DNA of 64,000 nt from Cystobasidiomycetes sp. EMM_F5 (lineage: Eukaryota): NCBI GenBank assembly GCA_051047955.1, contig JBPGPT010000003.1, positions 186,001-250,000 on the forward strand, given 5' to 3'. A program made the translations under genes and the position numbers. A model generated the notes under the pieces. That model was not told the DNA's origin and searched no databases. It saw nothing but the letters and a program-made list of their open reading frames with translations. Below, one piece after another: positions 12,785-28,371 of this stretch (the first letter of the stretch is position 1; the number at the start of each line of letters is the position of its first letter).

Positions 12785-14558
12785 ATGACCAGTGCTGTTG
12801 CTGGCCTGTCTACAGCAGACAGTGCCAGGCGTAAAGATGACGGAGCTGTCCAGTCGGCGCTCGCTAGATCCTTGACGGGCACTCTGGCTTTTTACTTCAA
12901 ACGTCCAATAAGGCTCTTTCGGCCAACGCGCATCTCGGCATGGACAGCTTTCTCGGAGATGTCCAATGCGCAGGGCAAAGGACCGGTCAACACATCCTTC
13001 ATTCGCCAGGTCATAGGCAAACAAGGCGTGAGTCGTCATTAGCGAAACCCTCTTTTGTATGACGAGACTCAGCCGGTCATGCGGGCAGTGGTTCTTCTTT
13101 GTAAAGGAAGCGTTTCCTCCACTCTTTGTCAATTCCGTCGTCGGATTCACGCTTTTTACCACATACACCCTCACCGAATCTACTCTGCGATACTTGCCGA
13201 GCGACGTAATGCCTTCATACTATGTGCCGGCTGTAGCAGGAGCAACAGCAGGAGCTGCACAAGCCGTCATCAGCCATCCCCTCGACAACGTGCGAGCTGT
13301 TTTAGCCGCTCAGACGTTGAAAAACGGCAAAACCGTTCACAGGGAATGGAAAGGCTGGAGACACGTAGCTTTTCGCGCCCTATTTCCACAATGGCTCACA
13401 ACGACGACTTCAGCAAAGTTAGCACCATTCCGCTTTGCGGCTAATTGGATGCGATCAACATCGTCGCTCTTGGTATTTACCCTCATGCGGGATTCCATCG
13501 GCTTTGCAGTGTTCTTCACGATTTTTGAGCTATCTCGGACATTTGCCAAGAGGGCCGGAAAGGCTGTGGATCGATGGCAGGCCGCCTTTCGGCAGCGCAG
13601 TCGAGAGACAATCGGGGTAGATCTGCTATACATGCTGGACAACGATATGTTACCGCGCGGCTGGAGTGGCAGAGTCGTCCAAGCCATTGTTATCGTCGGG
13701 TGCGGCGTCTTTGCTGGTATTGGATACGGTATCTTCAGCAGGCCGTTCGATAAAGCACGCACGGTCGTGTGGGACGGATTAGAAGTATGGGCAAAAGATC
13801 GTAAAGCTGAACAACAAGAGGCGGAGAGAGCACAAGCGGCGCAAGAGCGCGCTGGGAAGCCAAAGTCTGCTGTGGAGAATGGCTCTCCATCCATCGTGGC
13901 AGTCCCGAGCAAATCAAGCAAAGCCGCTGCGCACGCGATTCCATCCTTGATCTCGCATCGATCTAGGCATTCGCGCTTTACGGCTCACGAAACACGCCTG
14001 CCGCTACATCCTCCTAGACTCGCTGAACCACCCAAGCATCCGCTTAAAAAGCCGTCTACTTTGCACGCAGGCCGGACTACACCTTCAATACCCTCTTCCT
14101 TGCAACTACTCCGAGAAGCTACGAAGCGAGAAGGCGTGCTTGCAATGCTCGGGTTTTCGTCAGCTGCGACCGGTGCGCTATCGAGCATCGCTCCGTCTAT
14201 GTCTGTGCTATCGCGTCGACAATTGGCTCTTGGCAAAGGACGGAGCAGCTTGTCTAAAAACAGCGGGAAAACGTCTGGAAGAACACTGAGCATAGAAAGC
14301 CTGGCAGAACACCCCGCGCTCGGAGGCGCGTCCGTATTCGACAATTTGCCAGACCCAGCCGACAAGAGCTTACTCAAGACAAGTCATCGGAAGCCGCGCT
14401 GGTTTCATCGGGGCGCTCCACTGCATCCGACTGCAAAAAAGCCTTTCATTTCTCGCCTACGAAGCAACCTATCCATATCGAGCGTCTTTCGCATTATACC
14501 TCCCTATTGTTTTGGATTCTTGGCCTACAGCATCATAGCGAATGATTTCGGAGATTGA
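12785..14558 (+). CDS. Divergent mitochondrial-carrier-domain protein
   Basis: Px[DE]xx[KR] signatures 'PLDNVR' and 'PFDKAR', 'RDSIGFAVFF', N-terminal 'KRPIRLFRP'; one intron near 13028-13072. Confidence 0.75.
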
Positions 14559-14711
14559 AGTCCTCGCAGTGGGATAAAGGAGATTGTAGTCAGTGCTGCT
14601 GTTGTTGTTCTATGATAGGATTGGCCCAAGCGTACGAGTCTGTGCGGTAGGCTCTTTTGTCTCACCACAAGGACCGTGCTTGTCTTCCGGGCAAATCCAG
14701 CTCGTCGGCAG

Positions 14712-15571
14712 ATGAGCCAGAATGGCTTCAACGAGCAACATTCATCTATTTCCATGACTCCTGCAGCAAATCCTGGATCCAAGTCGTCTTCAGTTGCAGA
14801 GGATCCGGCCGAAGATGGCTACAACAAACGAGCTACCCTCATATTCTTGGCTGCAGTTGGAGGAACCCTACTCTTGACGGGAGCGACTGGCACTTTACTC
14901 CTGCGACGAGCCAATGCCTCTGCCAATATTGTACTGGCTTCTGCCAAAGTTGCCAACGATTCTGCACCTCTCCGTCTGACTGATCATGCCAGGGGTCTGC
15001 GCTATAAATCGAAGACCAGAACGCTCAAGGACCTCTTCAAGATATCAATCGTCGAGCCGGAGAAAGCCAGCATTGACTTTCGGACAAACCGTCATATCTC
15101 GGATTCGGTCAATTCAGTCGCGCGACCTCTCAATCTGGTGGATACGAAAGAGACTGGAGATGTGTCTCCTGAAGATGTCTCGTCCGCTGTAGTCGACGGC
15201 GTGAAAGCACTCGCCATAGCAACCACTATCGTCGTCGGCACCGCTGGCACAACCGTTTTCGTACTCGCTAAACGCATGGGGGTTTCAGACGTATGTATTG
15301 TCAATAGCGAAGCAGTATCAGGACTACCATCTGACAAAGCCAAATGCACTCACAGCCACAATCTTTTGCTGACGGGCTTCGTGACTTGTACTTCCGACCC
15401 TTTGCCAGATCTGTGGCGCTGTACCTTCCATTCGCAATCCCCAACAAATTGAAACAGCCCGAAATAAGCATCGAAGAGAAGGCGCAAATGGCAATCGAAA
15501 CGCGAGAGTGGGATAAATGGGCGGCCGAGACCGATGTCAAGGACCTTGTGCAAAGTGGGAAGGATCCGTGA
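14712..15571 (+). CDS. Two-TM membrane protein, weakly Aim11/TMEM242-like
   Basis: Two hydrophobic segments; 'ALAIATTIVVGTAG..KRMGVSD..SFADGLR' pattern; one intron. Confidence 0.5.
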
Positions 15572-16104
15572 TGTGGAGATAGCTATGATACAGACACCGA
15601 GTCTTTTCCGGTAGTGTTTGTGCACTACATCTGATCGTCTAAACCGTCTCGCATTGCTCTACTGTCGCGCTAATACGCACCACGCTAGCAGTATCACCGC
15701 AGCAGCGTGAGCTTTGAGACGTGGCGTGGCAACTTGTACAAGAGGGGCCCTACAGTGCGATTCGTAGAAATGAAAGGTTGCAATGATGCGGTATCGCAGG
15801 AAGTGGAACTCTAAATGATACATATCGAACAGGCTGTGGCCTGTAGGATCTGAAACTGACCCAAATATATATTGCGACTTTGCGAGAAATTACCTTTCTT
15901 CGAGCCATCCTTGATTTGCGAGTTCAGGGACTGTGGCCATACCTTGGCGACTTTCGAAGTTGTTTACTACAGAGGGAGTAACACTGCCGCCCGAAAGACT
16001 GCTGCGGAGAAAGAAAAACACGTATGCAGGAGCCAGGAACACTGAAACATGCGGATCTTTAAGCTCTTTGCAAGTCGTAGGTCGATGTCGAGTGCATACT
16101 CCAA

Positions 16105-18885
<2,781 letters not shown>

Positions 18886-19481
18886 TTGCTCAGAGACTGG
18901 TGTACAGCTTGGCGGGGGTGAGACTGAGACTTTGACAATGACACAGAGCTGTGCCGCAGTATCTTGTGCGAGTCCTGCAGTTTCGAGCTACCGACCAGTC
19001 CGTTTGGGCAACGGTGAAAGGGCACCCATCTCAACTTGGCGGCAACTCGATAATTGACCACAAAGCTAAACTAAGAGATTCATGCAGGTCTTTGACTATC
19101 ACAGCAATCACATTCAATGCCTCTACGTAGCCTTGCTTTGCGATTCCGTGTAACGCGCAAACGCATCGCGCAGGAAGAGTATCCGACATGATGTCCATGT
19201 TCCAACGGAAGTCTTTTAGTGTCGTTATCTTCGCATACTGCTCGCCTCCGTATACTCCTTTATGTGGAGGTTGTGCTTCTGCCAAAGAGCAGAGGTCTGA
19301 TTCCTTCTGGGCGCGCATACGTCACGTGCAGAAGAAACTGCGAATTGGAATTGCCTGTTCGGCAGTGTCGCATGAGCGCGAGGTCTTTGCTCTTGAGCTC
19401 TGCGTCGCGTATGTGTCCGTCCAATTGAAAGCTATAGCTTACACTCATGAATATTGCCACATGTTCTATGCTCTGTCCAGC

Positions 19482-21211
19482 TTAATCTGCCGAAACGCTG
19501 CTGGCATCATCTTGCGTATCGATGATGTTGTAAGACTTCTGCAATAGACACTCGCCTCCGTTATCGAGGTCAATGTTGTAGCAGTAGTAGATGCCTTCGC
19601 TCGTGATGACCATAACTTGCGGATTCGTACCAGACAGAGCGACTGTACTCTTGACTCCCGGCGTAGGCAGTTTCAGAAAAGCAAAGTCTCGTTGCGGATC
19701 CCACATCTCCGTCACAGTGCCAGGCAGGAACCCGCCGATGGAGCCCGCAAGCGATCTTCCGACCGCAAGACCTTTCTTCCGCAAAGAGCCCGTCACGCCT
19801 TTGCCAGACAGGCCTGCTCGCTGTTGCGCTTTCGTGCTGTCGATATACGCATCATAGCCTCCTCGACCACCATTCCCACTTGAATTACTGTATCTGTGGG
19901 TACTATCTGCACCATCTTCGTCGTCCACGTTATCGCCATATGCCGATGCTTGGGCTGCTCTCCTAGCTTGCTCTGCTCTGCTGGATGTAGACATGGATTG
20001 GCTCGCGGGTCGACCGAGCCTGTCCAAGCGAAAGATATGAACAGTGTCGGAGTCGCTAGTGACTGCCAATAAAGTTGACACTGGATTGAAAGCGAGAGAA
20101 AAAATGCGAGCAGCATACGTTCCTCTACGAAATTGTGCCACTTTATCTCCGTTCGGTACCGAAAAGACGCGTATCACTGTGCCCTTATCACTAGCGGTCG
20201 CCAACAGTGTCCCTGTCGAGTTGAGGCACAGACACGCCAGCGGCGATTTGTGTGCTTGTATGATGTTTGTGACTGACAAGGTCAGAGCGTCAAATAGAAT
20301 AACGTCTCCCGGTCCAGCACCTTGTGACGTAGAATTTGTGGAAGATGGAGGCAGCCCCTGTGAAAAGGGTGTTGACGGCGATGGCAGAGGGGAAGGGTAG
20401 GCGAGATAGCTGTTTTCAGACGAAGGAGATAGTGTACAGATTGCTGAGATTTCCATCAGGATATCATTTGGAGGAGCTTCTGTTTAGAAAGGGTAACGAC
20501 TGACGACTTACCTTGAGGATTCGGGCTAGTCTCGATAGTGTGTAGCAATTTCATGTTCGATATATCATAGATGAATATTTCCTCTTCTAGAACGGCTATC
20601 AGCCGTCGCCGATTCAGCCGGACCGCGAGGACAGTGGTTGGAAATTGCAGCTCGCAGATTGTCGATTGACGCTGTATTGAAGAGGCAGACGAAGTATCAA
20701 TCCAGCAAAGTTGCGTAGAACGTGAGCGATATACATCAGTTTCGCGAATGAGTGCACTTAAGTCATCAACGGCGTGAGCATACCTTTGTGTTTACTATAC
20801 GCAGCTTCCTTGGACTACTGTTCTGCTTATCTCCAGTGCCGCCTAGCGCTATAAGGGATGTGCAGAATAGCATTTCAATGATGGGTGTTGCCCCTTGTTC
20901 GGCTTAAGCAATTGCAACGCAGTAGGACAGATACAGAATGGAGGATGCAGTGACCAGAACGTGGCAGAGGACCAGTTGCATGCGCAACACCAGTCAGACG
21001 GGGATCATTGTTCGAAATGCTGGCGACGCTTACCTGAACTGGCAAAGACCCGGCCAAAAGGGTCAACGTTGTATATTGCGTGCCCACGTCTGGTCCCCAC
21101 GCTAATGCACGAGGCGTCCTGATTGAAGCCTGCGCACAGCATGTTCGGATGCGCTCTGTGGTTACCGATGGCTGTTGTCGTCGTCATGGATGAAGCGTGA
21201 GGGGACGACAT
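19482..21211 (-). CDS. ATG18: Autophagy PROPPIN Atg18
   Basis: '[12 protein letters not shown]', '[14 protein letters not shown]', lipid-binding 'FRRG', 'TVHIFRL', 'RDFAFLKLP'. Confidence 0.95.
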
Positions 21212-21410
21212 TGTAGCGGTACGTGGATATGGAGCCCAGACTTGGCAGATATTCCAATTATGATGCACGGCTTGCACAGATTGCCATGGATAGTCGCTGT
21301 GGTCGCAAGCGGCCGTTCATGGAATCGATTGCGACCTGCTGCCTGATCAGCCCAAACCGGGAATCAGGTTGGCTTTGGACGACAATGACCGACTTGCCTA
21401 TGACTGTCTC

Positions 21411-21949
21411 ATGACTACCGCTGGCAATGACAGTATTCCTACCGACGCTACAGCCCTTCGCGGAGCCTGCTTTTGCGGGCAAACTTCGTTCACGATAAAG
21501 TCACCCGCGCGGTCATTCCTGACGCTTTCAGCGTACTGTCACTGTACGCGCTGTCAAAGACTGAACGGCTGCCCAATGCTATGGACGACACACTGGGCTG
21601 GCGTGGAGTCCGTCAATTGGCGTGCATCCCAGCTACAACCTGCCCGCTTCGAGGTGATGCCCGATGTGAAATGGAGAGTCAGATGTATGAACTGTGCAAG
21701 TCCGCTTGGTAGCTGGAATGAGAAGAAGCAAGAGTGGGTACGGACGTACTGCGTCTGACTGCACAATTTACAAGCCTATGCTTCAGGTGGTCCATCTGGC
21801 CGGTTGTCTTGGACCGGGAGCAGCTGGAAACATGTAAAGAGTGGATCAAGCCGACAGCACACCAGTTTTACAATACTCGCGTACTCGACGTTGACGACTC
21901 TTTGCCCAAATACCTTGGATATCAAAGAGCAGGAGAGGAGATACTTTGA
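21411..21949 (+). CDS. GFA/CENP-V (Mss4-like) zinc-binding protein
   Basis: 'GACFCG', 'YCHCTRCQR', 'CMNCASPL', 'PTAHQFY'; one intron. Confidence 0.85.
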
Positions 21950-22307
21950 ACATGTAAAGTGCTGGATCCAGCTGGGATTACAGAACAGCTACATGAAAGC
22001 CGCTTCACACAGATCACAGCGTCTGACCCTTGATCCCTATAATTTATGTATTTGTGGGAGAGGTTATGTGATATCTTCAGCTTTGCTCCCGTCGGATTGC
22101 TCTCTGACCACCAATCTAGCAAATCACATAATCATGCTTTCCTGTAAGGTCTACGCGATGAGCGACCTCAGATGGCTCTAGACTTGCAGATATGCGTTTC
22201 ACGACCCAGAGGACGGCTGCCCGCGCGATAGATCTAGAATCCGACAGCCGAATTGCGTTACTTCGAAGATTCCGAATACCAACTACGACGGAGACGCCTC
22301 ACGCATC

Positions 22308-24886
22308 ATGCTGGGCTATGAAATCTTCCCACCTCCACTTGCTGGTCCATCAGTCTGGTCGAAGGATCACGATGTGGTGACCGACGACAGCATGCGAATC
22401 GATGTAGATACACCGCCGAATGGCAGCAGGCGTGAGGCTTCGAATAGTCTACAAATGTTCGACCCCGCTTCGTTAGAGAAGGATGTCCTCGACACCCTCC
22501 TTCAGATGATCCCCGAGTACAGCTGGGAAGCTCAAGCAAAAGCAGCCGTCCCAGCTCGTTTGGCTCCTCCGATGCTATATGTCAACACTAGACCTGCCAA
22601 TGTCGCATCTGTGTCGGGCCTGGAAGACGGCAATGGAACTATCATCGGAATCCCTAGTTCACTCAATTTACGAGCCGACGAAGCTATCGAAAAAAGAAGC
22701 TCCTCACGTCGCTCTACAGACAAGCGGAGAAAATCGGCAACGCTGGCCAGAGCAGTCATACCAGCTGATGAATGGGAGGATAGAACGTTTCCTTTCGGAC
22801 ACGCGCCGCATTATCCGCCTAGACTCCCAGAACCGCTACTCTTGATGGAACACAACACTGGCAACAAGTTCAGCCAAGGCACCCCGGCCAACGACAAGGG
22901 TAAAGGCAGAGCTATGTCTGATCATACACAGAATCTGGCCATGTTCGAACCACCTCTTACCAGTATAATCAGCTCCCCATACGTTCGCATACCTCCATAC
23001 ACCTTTTGTGCTCGCACTTCAGTCAGTTGGAGACCGAATGCATACTTGAGATCTCGGTGCCATATGAGCTTTCTCCCATTCTTCGGGGAGGACAACTACG
23101 AGGACGAGAGCGAGTTTCGCGATCGAATCAACCAGTCCACTGGCAGAATTGCGTTTCACATTCCCACAGAGAATGAAGCGGACAGACCGCCGCATTTACC
23201 AGATCACGAACTCTGCGGCATTTGCTTATCAAGAGCGTGCATTGTACATCGTAAGTTTGCCTCATCCGTCTGAATTAGGGTGACTTTGTTGACCTCTATC
23301 GGTCGACACAGACTTCGCTCCGGCCGTCCCCTTGCCACAGCCTCATGGAGAGGCGGGCGTCAACGGTCCTCTTTCAGCAGGTCCCGAATCATCTTTCGCA
23401 ATGACCTTGTCTGCATCCAACAGCGTACTGGGCAGTGGCACTCCACGCAATCGCTTCGCAGGCCCAATCCGAAGCAAAAGACAGCGAGATCGAAGCGATG
23501 TAGGCTGCGGGGCAGAGTGCTACTTGCGAGTGGATCGCGGTTCAAACACGGCGGCGGCGGCGGCATTTGAACAGTGGAGCCAAGCGGATAAAGACGAGTT
23601 TAATCTTGTGATGGGTTCGATGACATCGGAGACGACAGCCTGTATATTCGCGGCTTTCATGTCTCGTCGCGTGTGTCACGAGGTCGAACCTATCTTGACG
23701 GAGCGACTGCGCCTCGAATCGCGCCTTTCGCAAGCGGAAGATGAAATGGGAGGCAGCATCAGGAATGGCTCTTTCAAGAAGCACAAGAGATTGCAGAGTG
23801 GTTCTAATGTCCTGCATGAGATGCAGACACAGCGGGAGATCGAGCCTCCTTGGGTAGCGGCTGCAGACACCAATGAGTTCAGCACCGAAGAGCTGCGCAT
23901 GCGCGTCCCTCGCACTGTTCTTCCTTGGCAGCCATGCTACCATCCGGGTAGACCATGCAGCTCATTCACGGGCAAGGAAGATCCGGGCGAAGATGAATCC
24001 GATCCTTATTGTACCTGCAAACGGAACGGTACATGGTGTGAGCCTGGATGTGGATGTCCGCTTGATTGTGGTGAGCGGTTTGCCGGATGCAAATGCGCTG
24101 CAAACGGCAAGGAATGCAAGGGCGGCCAAGAAGACGCTCGAGGCAAGCATCAACCTGGATGCCCTTGCATCGACCACATGCGCGAGTGCCATCCTGAGTT
24201 GTGTGCAGGTCACACCGACAAGCATTGCAAAGGCATGGCGGTCCAAGCCGACAATGCCATCGTGAGTAATTCTGATACTCATTCGATGGCGATGCCTTGA
24301 TGACATATGACTCTTGATGCAGCGTACGTTCATTGGCCCGTCCGATCTCGAGGGCTACGGTCTTTTCGTTGGCGAAGACGTACAGCTGTCTCGCATATAT
24401 ATAGGCGAGTATCGCGGCGAGTTGATCAACGAGCACGAGGCGCAAATGCGATCTTTGCTTTATCAAACACGTGCCAGGAGTTTCCTCTTCGATGTCACCC
24501 AGCTTGGAATCGTGGATGGCCTGCGTTTAGGCAATAAGGTGGGTTCTGCGAGGTTGTGTCGCATCCCGCTGACATACGCGCTCTTCAGACGCGATATATA
24601 AATACCGGTCGCAACAAGAGCAAGAACACTTGCGCTGGCGAAAGTAGGTTGACTATCCAGCTTCTGTAATATTTTCTGATACCTTGTGATGCAGGTACTA
24701 TGATTAACGGACAAGCCAAATTGATCATTAACGCTCATAAGAGTGATGGTCGTCTTAGTCTCAAGAAGAATGACGAACTTCTGCTAGGTACGCATGCTCG
24801 ATAGCTTAAGCTTCCGCAAATATACTGAGATCATGGGCGGCGCAGATTACGGTGGGAACTTCGAATTATTCGGCGAGGACTCCTAG
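22308..24886 (+). CDS. CXC + SET domain protein, EZH2/E(z)-like putative H3K27 methyltransferase; start uncertain
   Basis: CXC 'PCYHPGRPC..CTC..CEPGCGC..C..RFAGCKC..CPC..MRECHPELC'; SET 'GYGLF', 'IGEYRGELI', 'SFLFD', 'GNKTRYIN', 'ELLLDYG'. Confidence 0.85.
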
Positions 24887-25152
24887 CTTCCGTGACGAGC
24901 GGCTAGAGAAACTGCGTGTGATTGAATATCGTTGAATTTGTCATTGTGTTTGAATTGCAAGCTGCTCTGCCTAGATTCGATGGATTGACTACGCTTGAAT
25001 ACAAGGGTGTGCAGCGAGCCTCAAGCCGAGCTCTGCCCCTACGAGTACTGTACTTCAATCAATGTCTACCCCGCAAGACGTCTGGAGCTGAAGTATGCAT
25101 CTTTGCTTCCTTGTTTACGCATCAAAATAATGCCGTAACAACGAGATCACCG

Positions 25153-27183
25153 ATGTCTGATGACGATGACGGTGGAATTGACTGGGACGAAGCTATCCTG
25201 CTGCTCGACAAACTACAGGAAATCCCGGACATTGAAGACGCGCCTGCTATGCGATATGGACACGTCTTGAGGTCGACGCTGTACGACCGATACAGGTTCG
25301 GACGCCCGGAGAATATGCCGAAGTGAATATCGCTGACTATTGCACTAGGGCCAAGAGAGGATGGCTTTCTGTAACTGACCTCAGTGAGGAAACGCCGTCT
25401 GGCTTCCGCGACCAAGTTCAACACTGAAGTGACTCTCCCCCCAGCTGCCCCTGGAGGGTGGTGCGAAGTCCAATATGCGTATTCACTAGCAGGAAGAAGA
25501 GATCTCAAGCCCGAGAAACGAGTAAGGCTTCCTAAGCCTGCAAACATGCACCTTTCGTGACACCCTTTCAGCCAGAACGCATCGTGACGGAAAGTGGCAA
25601 AGAAATCAAGGTCGACAAGAAAATTGCTGTTGCCAACGAGAAGATCTTGCAGAAGGGTCGCGATGTACACCAAGCTTTAGAACGCGAAGTCCACCCGGAG
25701 ACGAAAATCGAAACTGAAAGCGAGGCCGACCGTTGGGGTGTGCGGTGCGTCTGGCCATCCTTACATACGATATTATCTTCGGCTGACAGCTCTACCACAG
25801 CATAGTCGAGCAAATCACGAGCCTCGCTACTCTCACGGCGACTGGAAAGACTCGAGAAATCCCAGTATTTGGCTTTTTCAAGCAACATTTTATTCTCGGG
25901 AAGATGGACGAAATTGAACAGCGGTCAATACGCAAGGACGTCGAGGAGAGTGATCCAGCAAAGATATCTCATTATCTGCATCGTTCGCTTGGTAAGAATG
26001 GCCTTTTCCTTGTGGATTCAAAAACAAGGCGCACACCAACCCTACCTGCCGAGCATCACACTGTAGCAGTAAATCCGTTGGCTTTTGAAGCAGCGGTTTC
26101 AATCTGACGGCTTTGATCACGCAGTCACGCTTCCAGCTGATGTTATATAAGTATTTATTTGACGTCCATGCAAGTGGCAAGTTCGACTACCGACGCTTCT
26201 CCCAGCATCTTGGAGAACTTGCTGTCGAACCATTCTCCAGCATATTTACTCAGCATCTGCAGGGTTTTGCGGCGACTCCCGGTCTCGAAAAGGTCACGAA
26301 AGCAAGGACGGTCAGCGAGCTTGCCGAAATCCTGGAAGAGATGCACGTGCAAGTAGGACCCCTGCAAGATACCCTGCAACTTGTATACCGTTGGCGAGAG
26401 CCTACCACTCAAAATCTGACGAAACAGAAGAATAAAGTACGGAAGAAAACACGCAAGGCTACAGACAAAAAGGGCGAAGTTGACCCAATTGCACCGAACG
26501 GGATCATTGATCTCACCAATGCAGCAGAATCGACTCGCCAATCTGAGGTGATACTTCTGTCGGATGACGAAGGCGAGAGCCACGGTATGGACAACGCCCC
26601 CGTTCAGGCCGACAGTACATCGCAAAAAGCTGGCGACACGGTTGCTGCATCTTCCGCCGACGTTCATTCCGACATTCAATCTACCACGATTGCGACAGAC
26701 ATGAATGCAGAAGGCCCGCTCCTTACGCCGCGTTCCTCGCCTATAAATCTAAGTGAAAACATCGAGAATGCGGACGCCGTGCAGGATGCGATTGCTGGCA
26801 CTATCATTGGCACTCATGATTTCGAGTACGATGAGTCCGAGCTGTTTACATATCTTGACGCAGCTCTAGGCTTTTGGACCGGTAGGGTCAGTCGAAGTAG
26901 TCGGCCAAGCATAGCTTTTAGCTGAGTTTGCGTATGAACAGCCTCCTGAGGGTGTCAAGATTGACGAAACGAATAAATGCCGTTCCTGCGAGTTTCAGGT
27001 AAGTGGAGCCCACGTTCATGCGACAAGAGGCTCAGACAGGACGCTGCATAGGACGGTTGCGAATGGCTTGCCATGAAAGCAGAGGAGCAAAGCGCAATCG
27101 CTCGTTCCCGACGGCTTGCAACAACCCCTTTGCAGGATGCCTTCGCTCCGGGCAATGACCCACTCAAGCACAATTGGCCATAG
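25153..27183 (+). CDS. EXO5: Exonuclease V (Exo5/Dem1), 4Fe-4S RecB-like nuclease
   Basis: 'LSVTDL..WCEVQ', 'GRDVHQALEREVH', 'GKMDEI', 'DSKTR', 'QLMLYK', C-terminal 'KCRSCEF.DGCEW'. Confidence 0.88.
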
Positions 27184-27253
27184 ACAAACAATATCAAGCA
27201 TCTATCAACGAGTACATCATATGGCACTCGCGCCTAGACTAGATTGCCATAGT

Positions 27254-28120
27254 CTACTTTGTGGCAGTCGTCCTATACCGTCTTCTTCGCTGATCCGTCC
27301 GTGTCGGCAGTTTATCACTGCCTTGTTGACGCGGTCCTTCGTCTGAAGTCTCAATGATTGCGAGCAGGGGGGCGCTCTCCGTCAATTCACGGCCTCGGCT
27401 TGATAGGAGTCCGCTTAGACTTCTGCCTAACCGTGGCAGTGCTTTGGCATTTACTTTGGCTGCGAGGCAACCGTTTGTGGGGGAGTCCTTTGCGGTATCA
27501 ATTCGTATATCAACGCGTTGCAGAATGCTCTTGTTATGAGGATTAACAGCAAGCTTATATTTTCCAGGAATGTAAGTCCGCTCCGCCAAAACCGGGCGTT
27601 CACTAAATGTCCGAAGGCCATCGCTCTGAACGAGTACAAAAAAGCCCGACTTTTCGATTATACTGTATCCGTCGAGGTAGACATGTCCACGTACATCCGG
27701 TTGTATACTCAGCAGATTATGCGTATACTTAAATTTGCGATCCGATTCGTCTGGTTTGGACTTGCAGGACAGCTGCCCGGTATTGACATCAACGGTACTC
27801 TCGGGCTTCATCAATTGGAAGCGCGTGGAAATATTGCTAATGACCAATTGGTCCTTGTGATATGACCAGTGTCTTGTGAACACACTGTACTTTAGCGAGA
27901 TGTCTTGCGTTTGTCTACTGAAGCGACTTCGTTTCCTGAGATAGAAGCATTCGTCTTTCACCACGATGCACAGGTGAGTATTTTCATGAGCCGTCATGAG
28001 CGCAGCAGTGGAAATTTTCCCGGACGAGAACATCCAGATTAGGTATTCAGGTTTGATCACTCGTGAAGGCGTGCCCGACAAATGACTATCGCTCACGGGT
28101 CCAGAACTGGGTGTGCTCAC
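27254..28120 (-). CDS. Hypothetical orphan protein; 5' exon(s) unresolved
   Basis: 288-codon ORF with no recognised domain; possible hydrophobic upstream exon 'LQLLIVLA' followed by a GTGAGC donor. Confidence 0.5.
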   Translation of the reverse strand: MSTPSSGPVSDSHLSGTPSRVIKPEYLIWMFSSGKISTAALMTAHENTHLCIVVKDECFYLRKRSRFSRQTQDISLKYSVFTRHWSYHKDQLVISNISTRFQLMKPESTVDVNTGQLSCKSKPDESDRKFKYTHNLLSIQPDVRGHVYLDGYSIIEKSGFFVLVQSDGLRTFSERPVLAERTYIPGKYKLAVNPHNKSILQRVDIRIDTAKDSPTNGCLAAKVNAKALPRLGRSLSGLLSSRGRELTESAPLLAIIETSDEGPRQQGSDKLPTRTDQRRRRYRTTATK

Positions 28121-28371
28121 GAGCGAGCACGATCAAAAGCTGTAAACTTGCAGTGCAGTGCAGTGGTAGTTTGGTGGTCTTGTCGGTGTGAATTAGCCGG
28201 CAGGCTGCCGAGGTGTTAGTAGGAGATCTCACTATGCATCCAGCAGTCTTGGTCGAGTAAGGTAGTCAAAGCAAGCTCACTAATTATATTCATACGCGGG
28301 GTGCACTGGTAACAATTTGATGGCTGCGATTAGAATAAGACCCGCTGCGCGAAAGTAGAGCACAGATTAAG

